NCBI GenBank assembly: GCA_950097015.1
Contig: CATNEN010000002.1
Coordinates: forward strand, 6,014,001 to 6,078,000
From: Macrostomum hystrix
Lineage: Eukaryota > Animalia > Platyhelminthes
Direction: 5' to 3'
Length of the DNA: 64,000 nucleotides
In this document: one piece after another, positions 35,116 to 47,812 of the stretch
Position numbering within the stretch: position 1 is the stretch's first letter
How the letters are laid out: every line of letters begins with the position of its first letter
The notes under the pieces: generated by a model
What the model was told of the DNA's origin: nothing
Databases searched by the model: none
What the model saw: the letters and a program-made list of their open reading frames with translations, nothing else
Made by a program: the position numbers and the translations under genes

Positions 35116-36830
35116 ACTGTTAGATTTAGTGTTTCACCTGTTAGATTTAGTGTTCACCTGTTAGATTTAGTGTTCACCTGTTAGATTTAGTGTTTACATG
35201 TCAGATTTAGTGTTTACCTGTTAGAATTAGTGTTCACCTGTTAGATTTAGTGTTCACCTGTTAGATTTATTGTTCACCTGTTAGATTTAGTGTTCACCTG
35301 TTATATTTAGTGTTCACCTGTTAGATTTAGTGTTCATCTGTTAAATTTAGTGTTCACCTGTTAGATTTGGTGTTTATCTGTTAGATTTAGTGTTCACCTG
35401 TTAGATTTAGTGTTCACCTGTTAGATTTAGTGTTTATCTGTTAGATTTAGTGTTCACCTGTTAGATTTAGTGTTCACCTGTTAGATTTAGTGTTTACATG
35501 TCAGATTTAGTGTTTACCTGTTAGAATTAGTGTTCACCTGTTAGATTTAGTGTTCACCTGTTAGATTTAGTGTTCACCTGTTAGATTTATTGTTCACCTG
35601 TTAGATTTAGTGTTCACCTGTTATATTTAGTGTTTTCCCGTTAGATTTAGTGTTCACCTGTTAGACTTAGTGTTCACCTGTTAGATTTGGTGTTCACCTG
35701 TTAGATTTGGTGTTCAACTGTTAGATTTAGTGTTCACCTGTTAGATTTGGTGTTCACCTGTTAGATTTGGTGTTCACCTGTTAGGCTTGGTGTTTATCTG
35801 TTAGATTTGGTGTTTATCTGTTAGATTTAGTGTTCACCTGTTAGATTTGGTGTTTATCTGTTAGATTTAGTGTTCACCTGTTAGATTTGGTGTTCACCTG
35901 TTAGATTTGGTGTTCACCTGTTAGATTTAGTGTTCACCTGTTAGATTTTGTGCTCACCTGTTATATGTAGCGTTCACCTGTTAGATTTGCTGGCATGTTC
36001 ACCTGTTAGATTTGCTGGCATGTTCACCCGTTAGATTTAGTGTTCACCTGTTAGATTTTGTGCTCACCTGTTCTATGTAGCGTTCACCTGTTAGATTTGG
36101 TGTTCACCTGTTAGATTTAGTGTTCACCTGTTATATTTAGTGTTCACCTGTTAGATTTAGTGTTCACCTGTTAAATTTAGTATTCACCTATTAGATTTGG
36201 TGTTTATCTGTTAGATTTGGTGTTTATCTGTTAGATTTAGTGTTCACCTGTTAGATTTGGTGTTTATCTGTTAGATTTAGTGTTCACCTGTTAGATTTAG
36301 TGTTCACCTGTTAGATTTAGTGTTCACCTGTTAGATTTAGTGTTCACCTGTTAGACTTAGTGTTTACCTGTTAGATTTTGTGCTCACCTGTTATATGTAG
36401 CGCTCACCTGTTAGATTTGCTGGCATGTTCACCTGTTAGATTTGCTGGCATGTTCACCTGTTAGATTTAGTGTTCACCTGTTCTATGTAGCGTTCACCTG
36501 TTAGATTTGGTGTTCACCTGTTAGATTTAGTGTTCACCTGTTATATTTATTGTTCACCTGTTAGATTTAGTGTTCACCTGTTAAATTTAGTGTTCACCTG
36601 TTAGATTTTGTGCTCACCTGTTCTATGTAGCGTTCACCTGTTAGATTTGGTGTTCACCTGTTAGATTTGGTGTTTATCTGTTAGATTTAGTGTTCACCTG
36701 TTAGATTTAGTGTTCACCTGTTAGATTTGGTGTTCACCTGTTAGATTTAGTGTTCACCTGTTAGACTTAGTGTTCACCTGTTAGATTTGCTGGCATGTTC
36801 ACCTGTTAGATTTAGTGTTCACCTGTTAGA
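35116..36830. repeat. 20-bp minisatellite TTAGATTTAGTGTTCACCTG, ~85 copies
   Basis: Direct tandem array with recurring variant blocks (TTTGCTGGCATG, ATGTAGCG). Confidence 0.97.
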
Positions 36831-37623
36831 TAAGGCAATGGCGCATGGTTAGATAGGCTGCTGCTTGAAGCAGACTGCAGTGTGTTTGCTGACATCCTTC
36901 AACTCAAAAGCTGCAGCTAAAAGCTCCGAGTGAATGACTGGAAAGCCATGGGCCAAAGGGAAAACCACAGGAATTTTTTTGAACAAATCAGGGGCAAAAA
37001 TGTTTAGAACACTTCATTTGACAGGCCGGCCCGATTCTCTGAGCTCTTGTTTGACTTTGAACTCAACTGGAATGCCGAGAGACACGGCCTCACGTGTCTT
37101 CAAAAATCCTTTGAAGCGAAATCCTTTGATTTTGAGCAGCAGAAAATTGCATATAGAGAAAGCTTAAGCTATTGAAAATTGTGCCGCGTGACAGGCCAGG
37201 TTAACAATAGCCTAAGAGCGGAGTCTTGGCCGTGTAGGCGGCCTTCACTAGTATGCAATTGGATGTAAATCCCCATTTATTTGGTGGCGGCAGTTGCCAG
37301 CGATTGAAGCTTTGTAAAAAGAAGTTGGTAAGCCAAGAAAGACAATGGGACTGGGGCCGAGCCAATCAACAAGTGTCAGCCTGGGCTTCCTAGTTTGAGA
37401 AACTTTTTTTTCAGAAACTTTTTTTATTGCTAGAGTTTTGCTTTTCTGTTGCTGCATGCGAACAGGCTGGCGTCTGACTGAGTGTGTGTGAGTGTGTGTG
37501 TGTGTGAGTCCATCCTCGCTTGAGCAATCTGACTCAAATGAGTTAGAGAGGCTGTGCTGGGAGTTGAATAATTAATGCACACCTGTCTTCAGGTGGTTAG
37601 AGAGGGACTTGATTTGCCCCGCT

Positions 37624-37625
<2 letters not shown>

Positions 37626-37664
<39 letters not shown>
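37626..37664 (+). repeat. (CAG)13 microsatellite, non-coding context
   Basis: Counted directly. Confidence 0.95.
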
Positions 37665-37665
<1 letters not shown>

Positions 37666-38039
37666 TAGTATCGGAAATATCTGCTAGAAACTTATTGCTT
37701 TGAGGCCATTAGCATGGACTGCAGTTTTATAGTTAGTTGGATTGTTAAAAAGTCATCATCAATGCAATCATTTTAAGTAGCCAATGCTGTTCTCATCCGA
37801 CTAGGCCAGTCAATTTGTGAGTGCGCAGAGAAACAAATTATTTTATTTCTAGAAATTGCTACCTCAGTGCCACTGGAAATAAAATAAATGACTCTGATTC
37901 ATTGGACTTTTAAAAAATAAAAAACTGGACTAAAACTGATAGGGTTGAGAACAGACGAAACAACCACGGATCGGTAGAATTTTTTTTGCAGATGCGTAAA
38001 ATATTTTTTTTTTATGAAGCTCACAGTAATTTCCTGGAC

Positions 38040-38398
38040 ATGTACAGCTGTGTACAATATTGACAGTGTACAGCTGTGTACAATATTGACAGTGTACAGT
38101 TATGTACAATATTGACAGTGTACAGCTGTGTACAATATTGACAGTGTACAGCAGTGTACAATATTGACAGTGTACAGCTGTGTACAATATTGATAGTGTA
38201 CAGCTGTGTACAATATTGATAGTGTACAGCTGTGTACAATATTGACAGTGTACAGCAGTGTACAATATTGACAGTGTACAGCTGTGTACAATATTGACAG
38301 TGTACAGCAGTGTACAATATTGACAGTGTACAGCTGTGTACAATATTGACAGTGTACAGCTGTGTGCAATATTGACAGTGTACAGCAGTGTACAATAT
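38040..38398. repeat. 26-bp minisatellite TGTACAGCTGTGTACAATATTGACAG, ~14 copies
   Basis: Tandem array built from the palindromes TGTACA, CAGCTG and CAATATTG. Confidence 0.95.
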
Positions 38399-38740
38399 AA
38401 ACGGTGTCTCATGTTTAACATTTTGATGAAATCTAATTCCTAATCTGCCATAATTATGAAATCATGTCCCGTTGCTTTCCTTAGTTTCAAAAAATCCTCA
38501 CAGACTCTGAAAGCATTCGAGAGTTTTTGAAGCAGAATTTGAAACTTTTATTGATACAGAAAACTGACAATGTAGAATCTACCCCATGGATTGAAAAAAT
38601 TATTTGTCAGTGAGTATAAAGATTTGTTTTATCGTAGTCGTCTTTTAAAAGCAGAAATTCTTGAAGCTTGTTCTGCTTTTAGCGAGACACAGCCGATTCG
38701 CATTGTGAATTATTCCCACAGAATTTGCAAGACAGACAGC

Positions 38741-38752
38741 CAAGATGGCGGC
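38741..38752 (+). promoter_or_regulatory. YY1-type motif CAAGATGGCGGC
   Basis: Exact match to the YY1/Pho consensus. The gene it serves was not identified. Confidence 0.35.
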
Positions 38753-39554
38753 CTTGTGATTTGAGAAATCTGCGACTTCCTTCGCCTCCATTGTCTCTCC
38801 ACCCCAAGGCGTTTCCTAGAAAGCGAGCGCGTCAGAACTTGACAGAAAAAAATGAAGCAGATTCTTCCCACCAGGCCTCATCAACTGGGAAGCTGGAGCA
38901 CCCGACCCCGCCCCCCCCGGCTGAAGACAATTGACTGACTGCAGCAGCAGGACTCAAGGCTCACGATTGCTACTCAAAGCCTGCTGTAATAATTCACATT
39001 CAAAAAAAGCCAACAGAATCTATAAGTTGAAGGAAACAAAAAATGTATTGGTATAGAGTGAAACAGAGAGGGAGAGGCTGGGAGAGGAGAGGGGGAAATT
39101 GTGAGGAGGCAAGCGCCGCGGGGGCTCATGGGAACTGTGCAAAATGTTGCTGCTGCGAGGGCAGAGGGAAAATATTTTAAGGGTTGAAGACGGCCCGCTC
39201 AACGCACAGTGATGTATATAGTCACCAAATATTTTTAGCTGATTTATTTAAAATAAAATTGATGGTCTCTCATAATGACGACTTGCAACAATTCCAACAC
39301 ATTCAAGCTCTATAGCCAATCGTTTACTCTAGTCTTTACTGCTTGTTGTCTTCAACAGTTAAACTTCCCGCTGAGTTTTGCAGCACGCAACTCACAGCAA
39401 TGAGCTGGGGGAAGATTGTCTCATCCTCATCTCCAACTGTGTTTGGTGTGTTTCATAGTTTTGATTGACTTGCGCGGCTGAGCTGAGGTTTAAGAGGCCA
39501 CTTTGTGAGTCAGTGTCCTTTGTTTCCAACCAGCAGGAGATCTACTGAAGAACG

Positions 39555-39990
39555 GAGTTGAGATCTACTTGAGTAGGGAGTGAGATCTACTTGAGTAGGG
39601 AGAAGAGATCTACTTGAGTAGGGAGGTGGGATCTACTTGAGTAGGGAGTGAGATCTACTTGAGTAGGGAGGTAAGATCTACTTGAGTAGGGAGGTGAGAT
39701 CTACTTGAGTAGGGAGTGAGATCTACTTGAGTAGGGAGGTAAGATCTACTTGAGTAGGGAGAAGAGATCTACTTGAGTAGGGAGAAGAGATCTACTTGAG
39801 TAGGGAGGTGAGATCTACTTGAGTAGGGAGGTGAGATCTACTTGAGTAGGGAGGTGAGATCTACTTGAGTAGGGAGGTGAGATCTACTTGAGTAGGGAGG
39901 TGAGATCTACTTGAGTAGGGAGGTGAGATCTACTTGAGTAGGGAGGTGAGATCTACTTGAGTAGGAGTTGAGATCTGCTTGAGTAGGAGT
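39555..39990. repeat. 22-23-bp minisatellite GAGATCTACTTGAGTAGGGAGGT, ~19 copies
   Basis: Tandem array. Each unit holds the mini-hairpin CTACT-TG-AGTAG. Confidence 0.95.
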
Positions 39991-40676
39991 TCAGAGCTAT
40001 CCGAGACGCGTGGTGAGTCGCATCTTTTGAATCAAGGGAGTATGATCTATTGCTGGGTAAAGAAGGTAAATAGAAGTTAAATCAAAGTGAGATCTAAAGG
40101 TTAAGAGACTTATGATCTGCTAGTTAAGGCTCGTGATATCGCCAACTCGTAATCGATTTTGGGATAACTCATGCGAGTAACAATCGCCTTAGTAATTAAT
40201 AAATAATTAATGATAGTTAGAGAAGCTGAAGACATGTGGCAGGCGGGCACATGTCCAATCGTCATTGTATTTTTATCAATCCCGGCTCAACAGCATAGCG
40301 CAGCAATCTCTACTATTATTAAATTCTAAAAATTGAGTTAAAAAAACGCGTCAAACAAAAGCGAAACTAATTCTCACGCGTTGGCTTCTAGAAGAGAAAA
40401 GCAAAAAAAAAATATGCGAGTTATTTGTGAGAAATATTAAAATAAGACAAAAGAGCGGCTGGATATCCGCTGAGACTGGGCGAACTTTGAGTCCGGGAGA
40501 AACATCTGGTGAGCGCACGAACTTCACTGCTTGATCTTTGCTTGGGTGGTTGGCGGAACACCTTGAAAAAATATGAAAGAAAATTGAAATCATAATTAAG
40601 CCAGCAGATTTTATTTGATCCTAGCTTGTAGGGAATTAGAGGTGGGGCTCCACTGTGAAATTTGCACACCTGGTAA

Positions 40677-41058
40677 GGCCTTGTAGCCAAGTGGTTAGAG
40701 TGTTGGACTCACGACTTAAAGGTCGGGGGTTCGAATCCCGACTCCATTGGAACAAGATGTGTCCTTCAGCACGACACATAACTCTGCATTGCTTCAGTTC
40801 ACCCAGCTTGCTAAATAGGTACCAGCATATTGCTGGGGTAGTTGAGGGTGGGTGTGGCGTCGCCCAGTCCATGGACTGAACAGCCGTACGCAGCCTTCAG
40901 ATGCGCCCTGTACTGTGATGTACAATATAGACAGTGTACAGCTGTGTACAATATTGAAAGTGTAAAGCTGTGTACAATATAGACAGTGTACAGCTGTGTA
41001 CAATATAGACAGTGTATAGCTGCGGTGCTGTCGGCTGCACATCTGGCCCAATTGGCCA
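40677..41058 (+). mobile_element. Near full-length tRNA-derived SINE with an internal minisatellite
   Basis: A box TAGCCAAGTGG, B box GGTTCGAATCC, core TGTGTCCTTCAGCACGACACATAACTC...CACCCAGCTTGCTAAATAGGTACC and tail CCCAGTCCATGGACTGAACAGCCGTACGCAGCC, all homologous to pieces in 5230-5790. Confidence 0.85.
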
Positions 41059-41742
41059 CTCAATCTCCAATTTCTTAAGCTTTTAATTACTTATATTTTT
41101 CTATCGCCTTTTAAATCTAATCTCAAATATTCTACTCGTTTCTTTACTAAAAAAAGAAAATACATACTGCTAATGAATAATAATAAAATTTAGAAAATTA
41201 GAAAAGTATTTAAAAATACCAGGAGTTTATACATGCTTTCAAATTGCCGAGTAACTCGCATTTTATTGTTGATAAAAATTGACAATTGACCCACTAAAAA
41301 CTACTTGAAGTATTTAACGTGTCCTACAAATACAAAGAACGAAATTTACACAAATGACAAAATAGATTGCGCTGACTAAAATAATGTTTTCGTATTGTTT
41401 GTCCATGAAAAAAGTCCAATATAAAATATACATAAGATCATCATTCCAACCCGTAGTTGCACTTTGTAACTTCAGATAAATTCAGAGAGTATTTTAGGGT
41501 ATATTTAAACAAAAAAGCATCATAAAGCTATTCAGCTCTCCTCTCGCAAATTTGTCTGCTACATTTTTCTTTGGTAAAAATTGTTTTACTAATATAATGC
41601 TTCAATAGAAACAATAATTCAGTTTAAATTACTTTCTCAAATTTAAACAGAATGCAAGCGCCGAATTAATTTTAAAATTTAGTGATCTTAAGTAGCTGAA
41701 AAATCGTCAAAGAGACAAATAATAAACATATAATTAAAATCG

Positions 41743-44700
41743 ATGGATCACAAGACTGTAGCAATTACAAGACAATGTATAAAAGGTCCTTCTGCAATAA
41801 AAACTACGAAAAACTGTCACAGAAAGCAAGCCGCAAATGGAACGACAAGCGGACATTCTAAGGAAGTGGCTCATGGGCAGTTTACAGGAGATACAATTGA
41901 ATCTTTGATGGAGTTTACCAATGCAGATCTCTTGAAAGTAAGTGAACTCGTTTGTTTAACGCGTTGGAAGCTTAGCTTGAAAACCATTCTGTTAATTTTC
42001 TTTAATTAGCATAGTGCTTTATGATAGCTTATGGTTATTTTCTAAGATAGTGCTTTTGTTAGAAAAAAATAAACGAGGATAATAGCTAAGCATATGTTAA
42101 TTTTCAATAGTTGAAATTTAGACATCAATTTTCCTAGATTTAAAAAGAGTAATGCATCCACTGGACAAAGCATTATTTGTCAATCATAATAATAAGCAGA
42201 ATGGATCAAGCTCTGCTATTTTTTTCACTTATCCTAGGCTTAAAAACCTTTGAAATCTGCTTATCATTAAATTACATATTGCAGTTATATAAAAAAACTA
42301 TAATTTTTCCATGAAAAATGCATTGAGAGTACCCTTTAAACAGTTTTTTACCTAACATCTTTTTTGGATTTCTGGCTGATATGTTAGTGCTATCGTAACA
42401 AAAACATTTAGCAAGACAAAAATTAGCATATACAATTTTCTGTACTAATATATTATTAACGTGCATTTTAAATTACCAACATGTAATATTACGACGATAT
42501 AGTAATTTTTAAATCAAAGATATAAACATTATTTGTTTTCAAAATCAAGCATTCCATGAACAATTGAATCATTAGATTTAGTCTCATTACATAAGAAAGT
42601 ATAAAAATCCTTTCCAAACTGTCAGGCCTCTCGCGTTCTGGAGTCCAGACTGGCAGCCAGCAGGTCGCAGATCTCCGCCCTGACCTCCTCAGCCGCGCCA
42701 GGCAGCCTCGACGCCACCCGCCTTGCTTCACTGCGAGCTGAGCAGAAGCAAACTCTCAAGCTGTGCGAGGGCCTGTACTATCTCAGCCTGGACGAGGAAG
42801 AAAAGCAAAAACTTGACAACGGACAAGCCGCCCGGAAGCAGACCCAGCAGCTGAAAAAATCCGTCGCATTTGACGTCGACGATGTTAAAAGCGCCAATAG
42901 CGGCAGAGGCGCCTCGCCCTCCTTCATTCGCGCCAGCCTGGCCGAGCTGGAGTCCCGGGCCGTCTCTGCCGCCTCCGTCATTCCAGCCGAAGCTTCAGCG
43001 AAGCCTCCGCAGCCATCGAAGTCGAAGTCGTCGAAACCGAAGAGTCGCGACGATCTAGACGCCAGCGTCGGCGGCGATAGCGAGTCGGTGCGCCGACGCT
43101 ACCAGGAGCTGCTGCGGTCTCGCGTGAAGGCCTTGTGGTCCGATTTTGACGTTGCCGAAGCTCGAGAAACTCCAGGCGGATGGCATCGACGCCGGTCGGC
43201 ATCTTTAGACGGCAGCTTCGATGGCGGAGCTGCTAAACGATCATCCGTGACGAAGACGGTAGATTTAAAAGTTGTACCACCCTGGCAACTTTTTATTTCA
43301 TTTTATTTTTATTTCAACGCAAGCACACGTGTTCTACGTTCTACGTTGCTACGTTCAGGTGCAGCACAAAAATTGTCAGGGGGGAACCCCCCCTTGGCAA
43401 TTCCACTGTTATTAGCCCTCAACTTTGCGTTTTGCAATTTTTAGTTTCACGAGATTTTGAGGCCTTCTTTGCTCTGTAAGACCAGTCACTTACTGTACGA
43501 TGAAAAAATCTGTGCTGAGGGTCAGAATTGCACAATGAGCCGAAATCACTTTCCAGAATGCCAGCCAGAAGCCGCGGGCAGCGACATCGTCGATGTCGCT
43601 AAGCCGCACCATCCCGGAGCCGTTCTCGATGACCCTGCGCGATTCCGCCGCCGATCCCGCGGCGCTGCGCAAGAGCCGCTCGCTGCTCCAGTTCGAGGCC
43701 GAGCTTCGACGCCGCCGAGATGAAGAGGAGGCCGCCTGCAGGATTCGATTCCACGCCAGCCCGGTGCCGGCGCACGTGCGGATGCCGCTGTTCGAGGAGC
43801 TCAGCGAGCAGCAGCGGGCGCGCAGGCGGGAGATCCGCGAGCTCAGCCGGGAGCGGCTGCGCCAGCTGGAGCAGCCGTTCCACTTTACTTCGACTGAGCT
43901 CGAGCGGACCAGAGCCGAGTCGACGGGTGAGGCGGCCATTGTGACCGGTGACTTTTTAGCTTTTTAGGGAGACAATGTTCCCCAAAAGCAGCAGACAGCC
44001 AATGCCCCACAGAGAGACTTAAGAGACATGAGATGAGACACAAGAGAGATGAGACATGGGAGAGATGAGACATGGGAGAGATGAGACATGGGAGAGATGA
44101 GACATGGGAGAGATGAGACATGGGAGAGATGAGACGTGGGAGAGATGAGACATGGGAGAGATGAGACATGGAAGAGATGAGACACAAGAGAGATGAGACA
44201 TGATGGAGATGAGACACGGGAGGGATGAGACACGGGAGAGATGAGACTCGGGAGAGATGAGACACAAGAGAGATGAGACACGGGAGAGATGAGACACAAG
44301 AGAGATGAGACATGATGGAGATGAGACACGGGAGAGATGTGACACGGGAGAGATGAGACACGGGAGAGATGATATGACTTTTCTTTCAACCTGAACAAAC
44401 CCAGCTCGCACCGAAGCTGCCGGCTCAGGTCAGCTCAACTCGACGACGTCGACATTCCGAGCCAACCCGGTGCCGCCGTCGAGCAGCGCCGGCGAGGCCG
44501 TGCGAGCGCGTCAGCAGCTGCGCGAGGAGGACGAGCTGCTGCGCCAGATCCGCATCCGCATGCGCTCCGAGGAGCTGCTGAGCCGCAGCGCCGCGCCAGG
44601 CGAAATGGCGCTGCGGCAGAGCCAAATGGAAGAGGCCAAGCGGTTGCGCCTTGCCAAGCACGGCCTCGAAGACCCTGCTGACAGTGTCGATGGTAAGACG

Positions 44701-47051
44701 AAGTCAAAATCAAAGCAGAAGCAGCAGCAACTGCAGAAACTGCAGAAATCGAAGTTAAAACAGCGCCGTCAGCTGGCGGGACAGGATCCGCCGGATTTCA
44801 AGAAGCTGCACTGGGGCTTCGGCCAGGAGCTGCTGGCGTCGACTGTGGCCGCTACGGCCGCCACTGGAGGTCGGATAGCGACCAGAACAAAACCGTTCCG
44901 CCTGCGAACTGAGGAGCGAGGTGAGCAGCGAAAACCCGCCACTGCGGGACATCAGCAGCAGCAGCAACAGCAGCAGCTTTTTGTATCGGCTCCCTCACCA
45001 ATGCGATCTTCGACTAAGGTATGTTTGACAGCGTTGAGTAGTTGAGGGCTACTGACAGTCAGGGCTAATTGACAGTCAGTGCTTCTGACAGTCAGGGCTA
45101 ACAGACAGTGACACTGTCAGTGTCTAATAGCTAATAAAATTCCCACCTGTCCATCTTAGGTGGGTCCGGACGTTGCCACGCGCTCAAAGCGCACTCTAAT
45201 TCGTCACGAGGAGGCACCGCCAGCGCGACTGACTCAGTCGGCGATGCTGCGCGAAGCTCGCCGCAGCGCCGAGCGTCAGGCGGAGGAGCGGCGCCAGCGA
45301 GAAGCCCGATCGACAGCCAAGCAGCGCGAAGTTGCCAGGCGCGACCTGGCGGAGTCCGTGCGGGCCAGCGTGAGCATGGCGGCAGCGAACTCGGGACCTA
45401 GCGTGAATGAGCTCACACGGAGCAGGCTGGAGAGTCTGAGGTTGGTTGAAATTAGCTACACCTGCAACCCTGCTTTCTAATTACCAAGGAGTATCGAAGT
45501 ACCTGCAACCCAAGTCCTTAATTTCTCAGAGGTGTGGGAAGCTATCACACCTGCAACCCTCTCCCTAATTACCTGGAAGGTGTGAAAGTTATCACAACTG
45601 CAACCCCTCTCCTTAATTATCTGGACGGTGTGGGAAGCTATCACACCTGCAACCCTCTCCTTAATTACCTGGACGGTGTGGGAAGCTATCACACCTGCAA
45701 CCCCACTTTTTAATTAGCTTGTGGGTTTAAAAGCTATCACACCTGCAACCTTAGTTCTTAATTAAGATGGAGGTTTGGAAATTGCGCGGATAAACACACT
45801 TGCAAGCCCACTCTGAAATTGCCTTGTGGGTGTAAGTTATCGCACCTGAAACCTCATTTCTTAATTACCTAGGGGTGTGGAATTTTTAACTGCAACCCCA
45901 CTCCTTCATTACCTTACCTATAGAGTGTGGTAGTTTTCCACCTTCAACCCCAATCATTAATTACCTAGGGAGTGTGGAAATTTATCGCACCTGCAACCCC
46001 GCTCATTAATCACCTTCTAATCCAGGGACCAGGAGGAGTCCTACAAGCAACAGCTGCGGGCGATGAAAGAGAAAATGAAACAGCGAGACCTGCTTGTGGT
46101 TCAGCAAGCCAAGGTGAGGAAAGCAAGATAATATGAGTTTTAAATTTCGCATCTCCAAGCATGTGCTAACACAAACTTACTCAAACTGAAATCTCTAGTT
46201 GATAGCCCAGCAGCGCGCCCAGGACAAATACCGAAAGACCCTTGAGGAGGCCGGCTTGGATCCCAAACAGGTAGACGAGAATGCCAAGCGCTATCAGGAG
46301 GGCGACCTGCAATCCTATACTCAAGACTTTGAGGACGACAACCGATACGACTCGCCTAGTGAGTAGCTCTGGCTATTGGCTTCATTCACCGATTGATCAA
46401 TTTTGATATGTTGGCAGAGTAAACTGATAGCTCAGCAAAATTGATGTCTTGATTAATTAAGGGGTCGTTGGCGGTTTGACAGGTTTGCCTCTCGCACCAA
46501 GGTCCCTGAGCTCGAGGCCACATTCATTTGGGGCGCAGCCGCCGAGAGAAGGCTTGGGGACTTGTCGTGCAATTTAGTTTATTCGTTAAATTGATTAATT
46601 GGTTGATTTGTTGATTGACAAATCAATAAATTCATTCGTCATTAATATTTTTCGGCATAGAAAATAAATCTGTTTTTTTATTTGAGTCATTAAGATTAAG
46701 TGATTAAATATTACAGACTTATCATTGGAATCGGACATATTTCAGAGACTCGTCGCGGACAGTAAGGCTTTGTTATTTGACTTGACTATTTATATTTACG
46801 ATTTGAATCCAATCTTGCTACTGAAAGTAGAGAGTAGTGAGCGTAGAAGCAGCTTCCTAACACCATTAAATGATTTAAAAAAGGATCTAAAGGCGAATTA
46901 TTTTACATTTAATTATTCTACAAAACTAACAGTCCCAGCCAGTGACGAGGAGGTTAGCGATCAAGGCAGCGGAAGTGGAAGCGTCGGCGGCAGCGGCAGA
47001 CAACAGCTCATCGCCACCGTGACGGGTCATGCTATTTCCGCTGACGATTAA
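41743..47051 (+). CDS. FAM161: FAM161 (UPF0564) family centriole/cilium microtubule-binding protein, ~819 aa, 8 exons
   Basis: Exons 41743-41937, 42626-43258, 43557-43926, 44405-45018, 45160-45440, 46026-46113, 46199-46358 and 46933-47051 (2460 nt, phases compatible). Family motifs TIPEPFSMTLR, RFHASPVPAHVRMPLFEEL..QPFHF, FRANPVP, EDELLRQIRIRMRSEELL, PDFKKLH, TKPFRL and KYRKTLEEAGL. Confidence 0.85.
44022..44372. repeat. 16-bp minisatellite GAGACATGGGAGAGAT in FAM161 intron 3, ~21 copies
   Basis: Direct tandem array. Confidence 0.95.
45455..46010. repeat. Degenerate ~47-bp array (TATCACACCTGCAACCCTCTCCTTAATTACCTGGA.GGTGTGGGAAG) in FAM161 intron 5
   Basis: ACCTGCAACCC...TTAATTACC recurs about 11 times with divergence. 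Confidence 0.8.
46463..46575 (+). mobile_element. SINE 5' fragment (second family) in FAM161 intron 7
   Basis: TTTGCCTCTCGCAC..GGTCCCT...GAGGCCACATT.ATTTGGGGCGCAGCCGC.GAGAGAAGGCTTG..CTTGTCGTGCAATTT matches 5398-5500. Confidence 0.75.
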
Positions 47052-47109
47052 CTTGATGAACTTGCTGACAGAATTTGCTTCTGCTACTGATAAGTCTTCT
47101 ACTGCCTTC

Positions 47110-47812
47110 TAACAGTTCTGTACTAACACATTCTGACAGTTCTGAACTGACACAGTCTGACAGCTCTGTACTGACACAGTCTGACAGTTCTGTACTGACA
47201 CAGTCTGACAGTTCTGTACTGACACTGTCTGACAGTTCTGAACTGACACAGTCTGACAGCTCTGTACTGACACAGTCTGACAGTTCTGTACTGACACAGT
47301 CTGACAGTTCTGTACTGACACTGTCTGACAGTTCTGTACTGACACTGTCTGACAGCTCTGTACTGACACAGTCTGACAGTTCTGTACTGACACTGTCTGA
47401 CAGTTCTGTACTGACACAGTCTGACAGTTCTGAACTGACACAGTCTGACAGTTCTGTACTGACACTGTCTGACAGTTCTGAACTGACACAGTCTGACAGT
47501 TCTGAACTGACACAGTCTGACAGTTCTGTACTGACACTGTCTGACAGTTCTGAACTGACACAGTCTGACAGTTCTGAACTGACACAGTCTGACAGTTCTG
47601 TACTGAGACAGTCTGACAGCTCTGTACTGACACATTCTGACAGCTCTGTACTGAGACAGTCTGACAGTTCTGTACTGACACAGTCTGACAGCTCTGTACT
47701 GACACAGTCTGACAGTTCTGAACTGACACAGTCTGACAGCTCTGTACTGACACAGTCTGACAGTTCTGTACTGACACATTCTGACAGTTTTGTACTGACA
47801 CAGTCTACTGAC
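47110..47812. repeat. 24-bp minisatellite CTGACAGTTCTGTACTGACACAGT after the FAM161 stop, ~29 copies
   Basis: Direct tandem array. Confidence 0.95.

Noticed and set aside
38742-38760. ATGGCGGCC as the start of a gene
   Set aside because: The frame stops after four codons. It is kept only as a low-confidence YY1-type motif.
40677-40746. tRNA gene (CAC anticodon-like loop)
   Set aside because: The acceptor stem does not pair, the anticodon stem is poor, and the sequence continues directly into a SINE core and tail found elsewhere in the window.
43355-43395. Short GGTGCAGCACAAA..GGGGAACCCCCC similarity with 63838-63880
   Set aside because: Under 40 bp with no definable ends or TSD. It may be a MITE fragment but cannot be supported.
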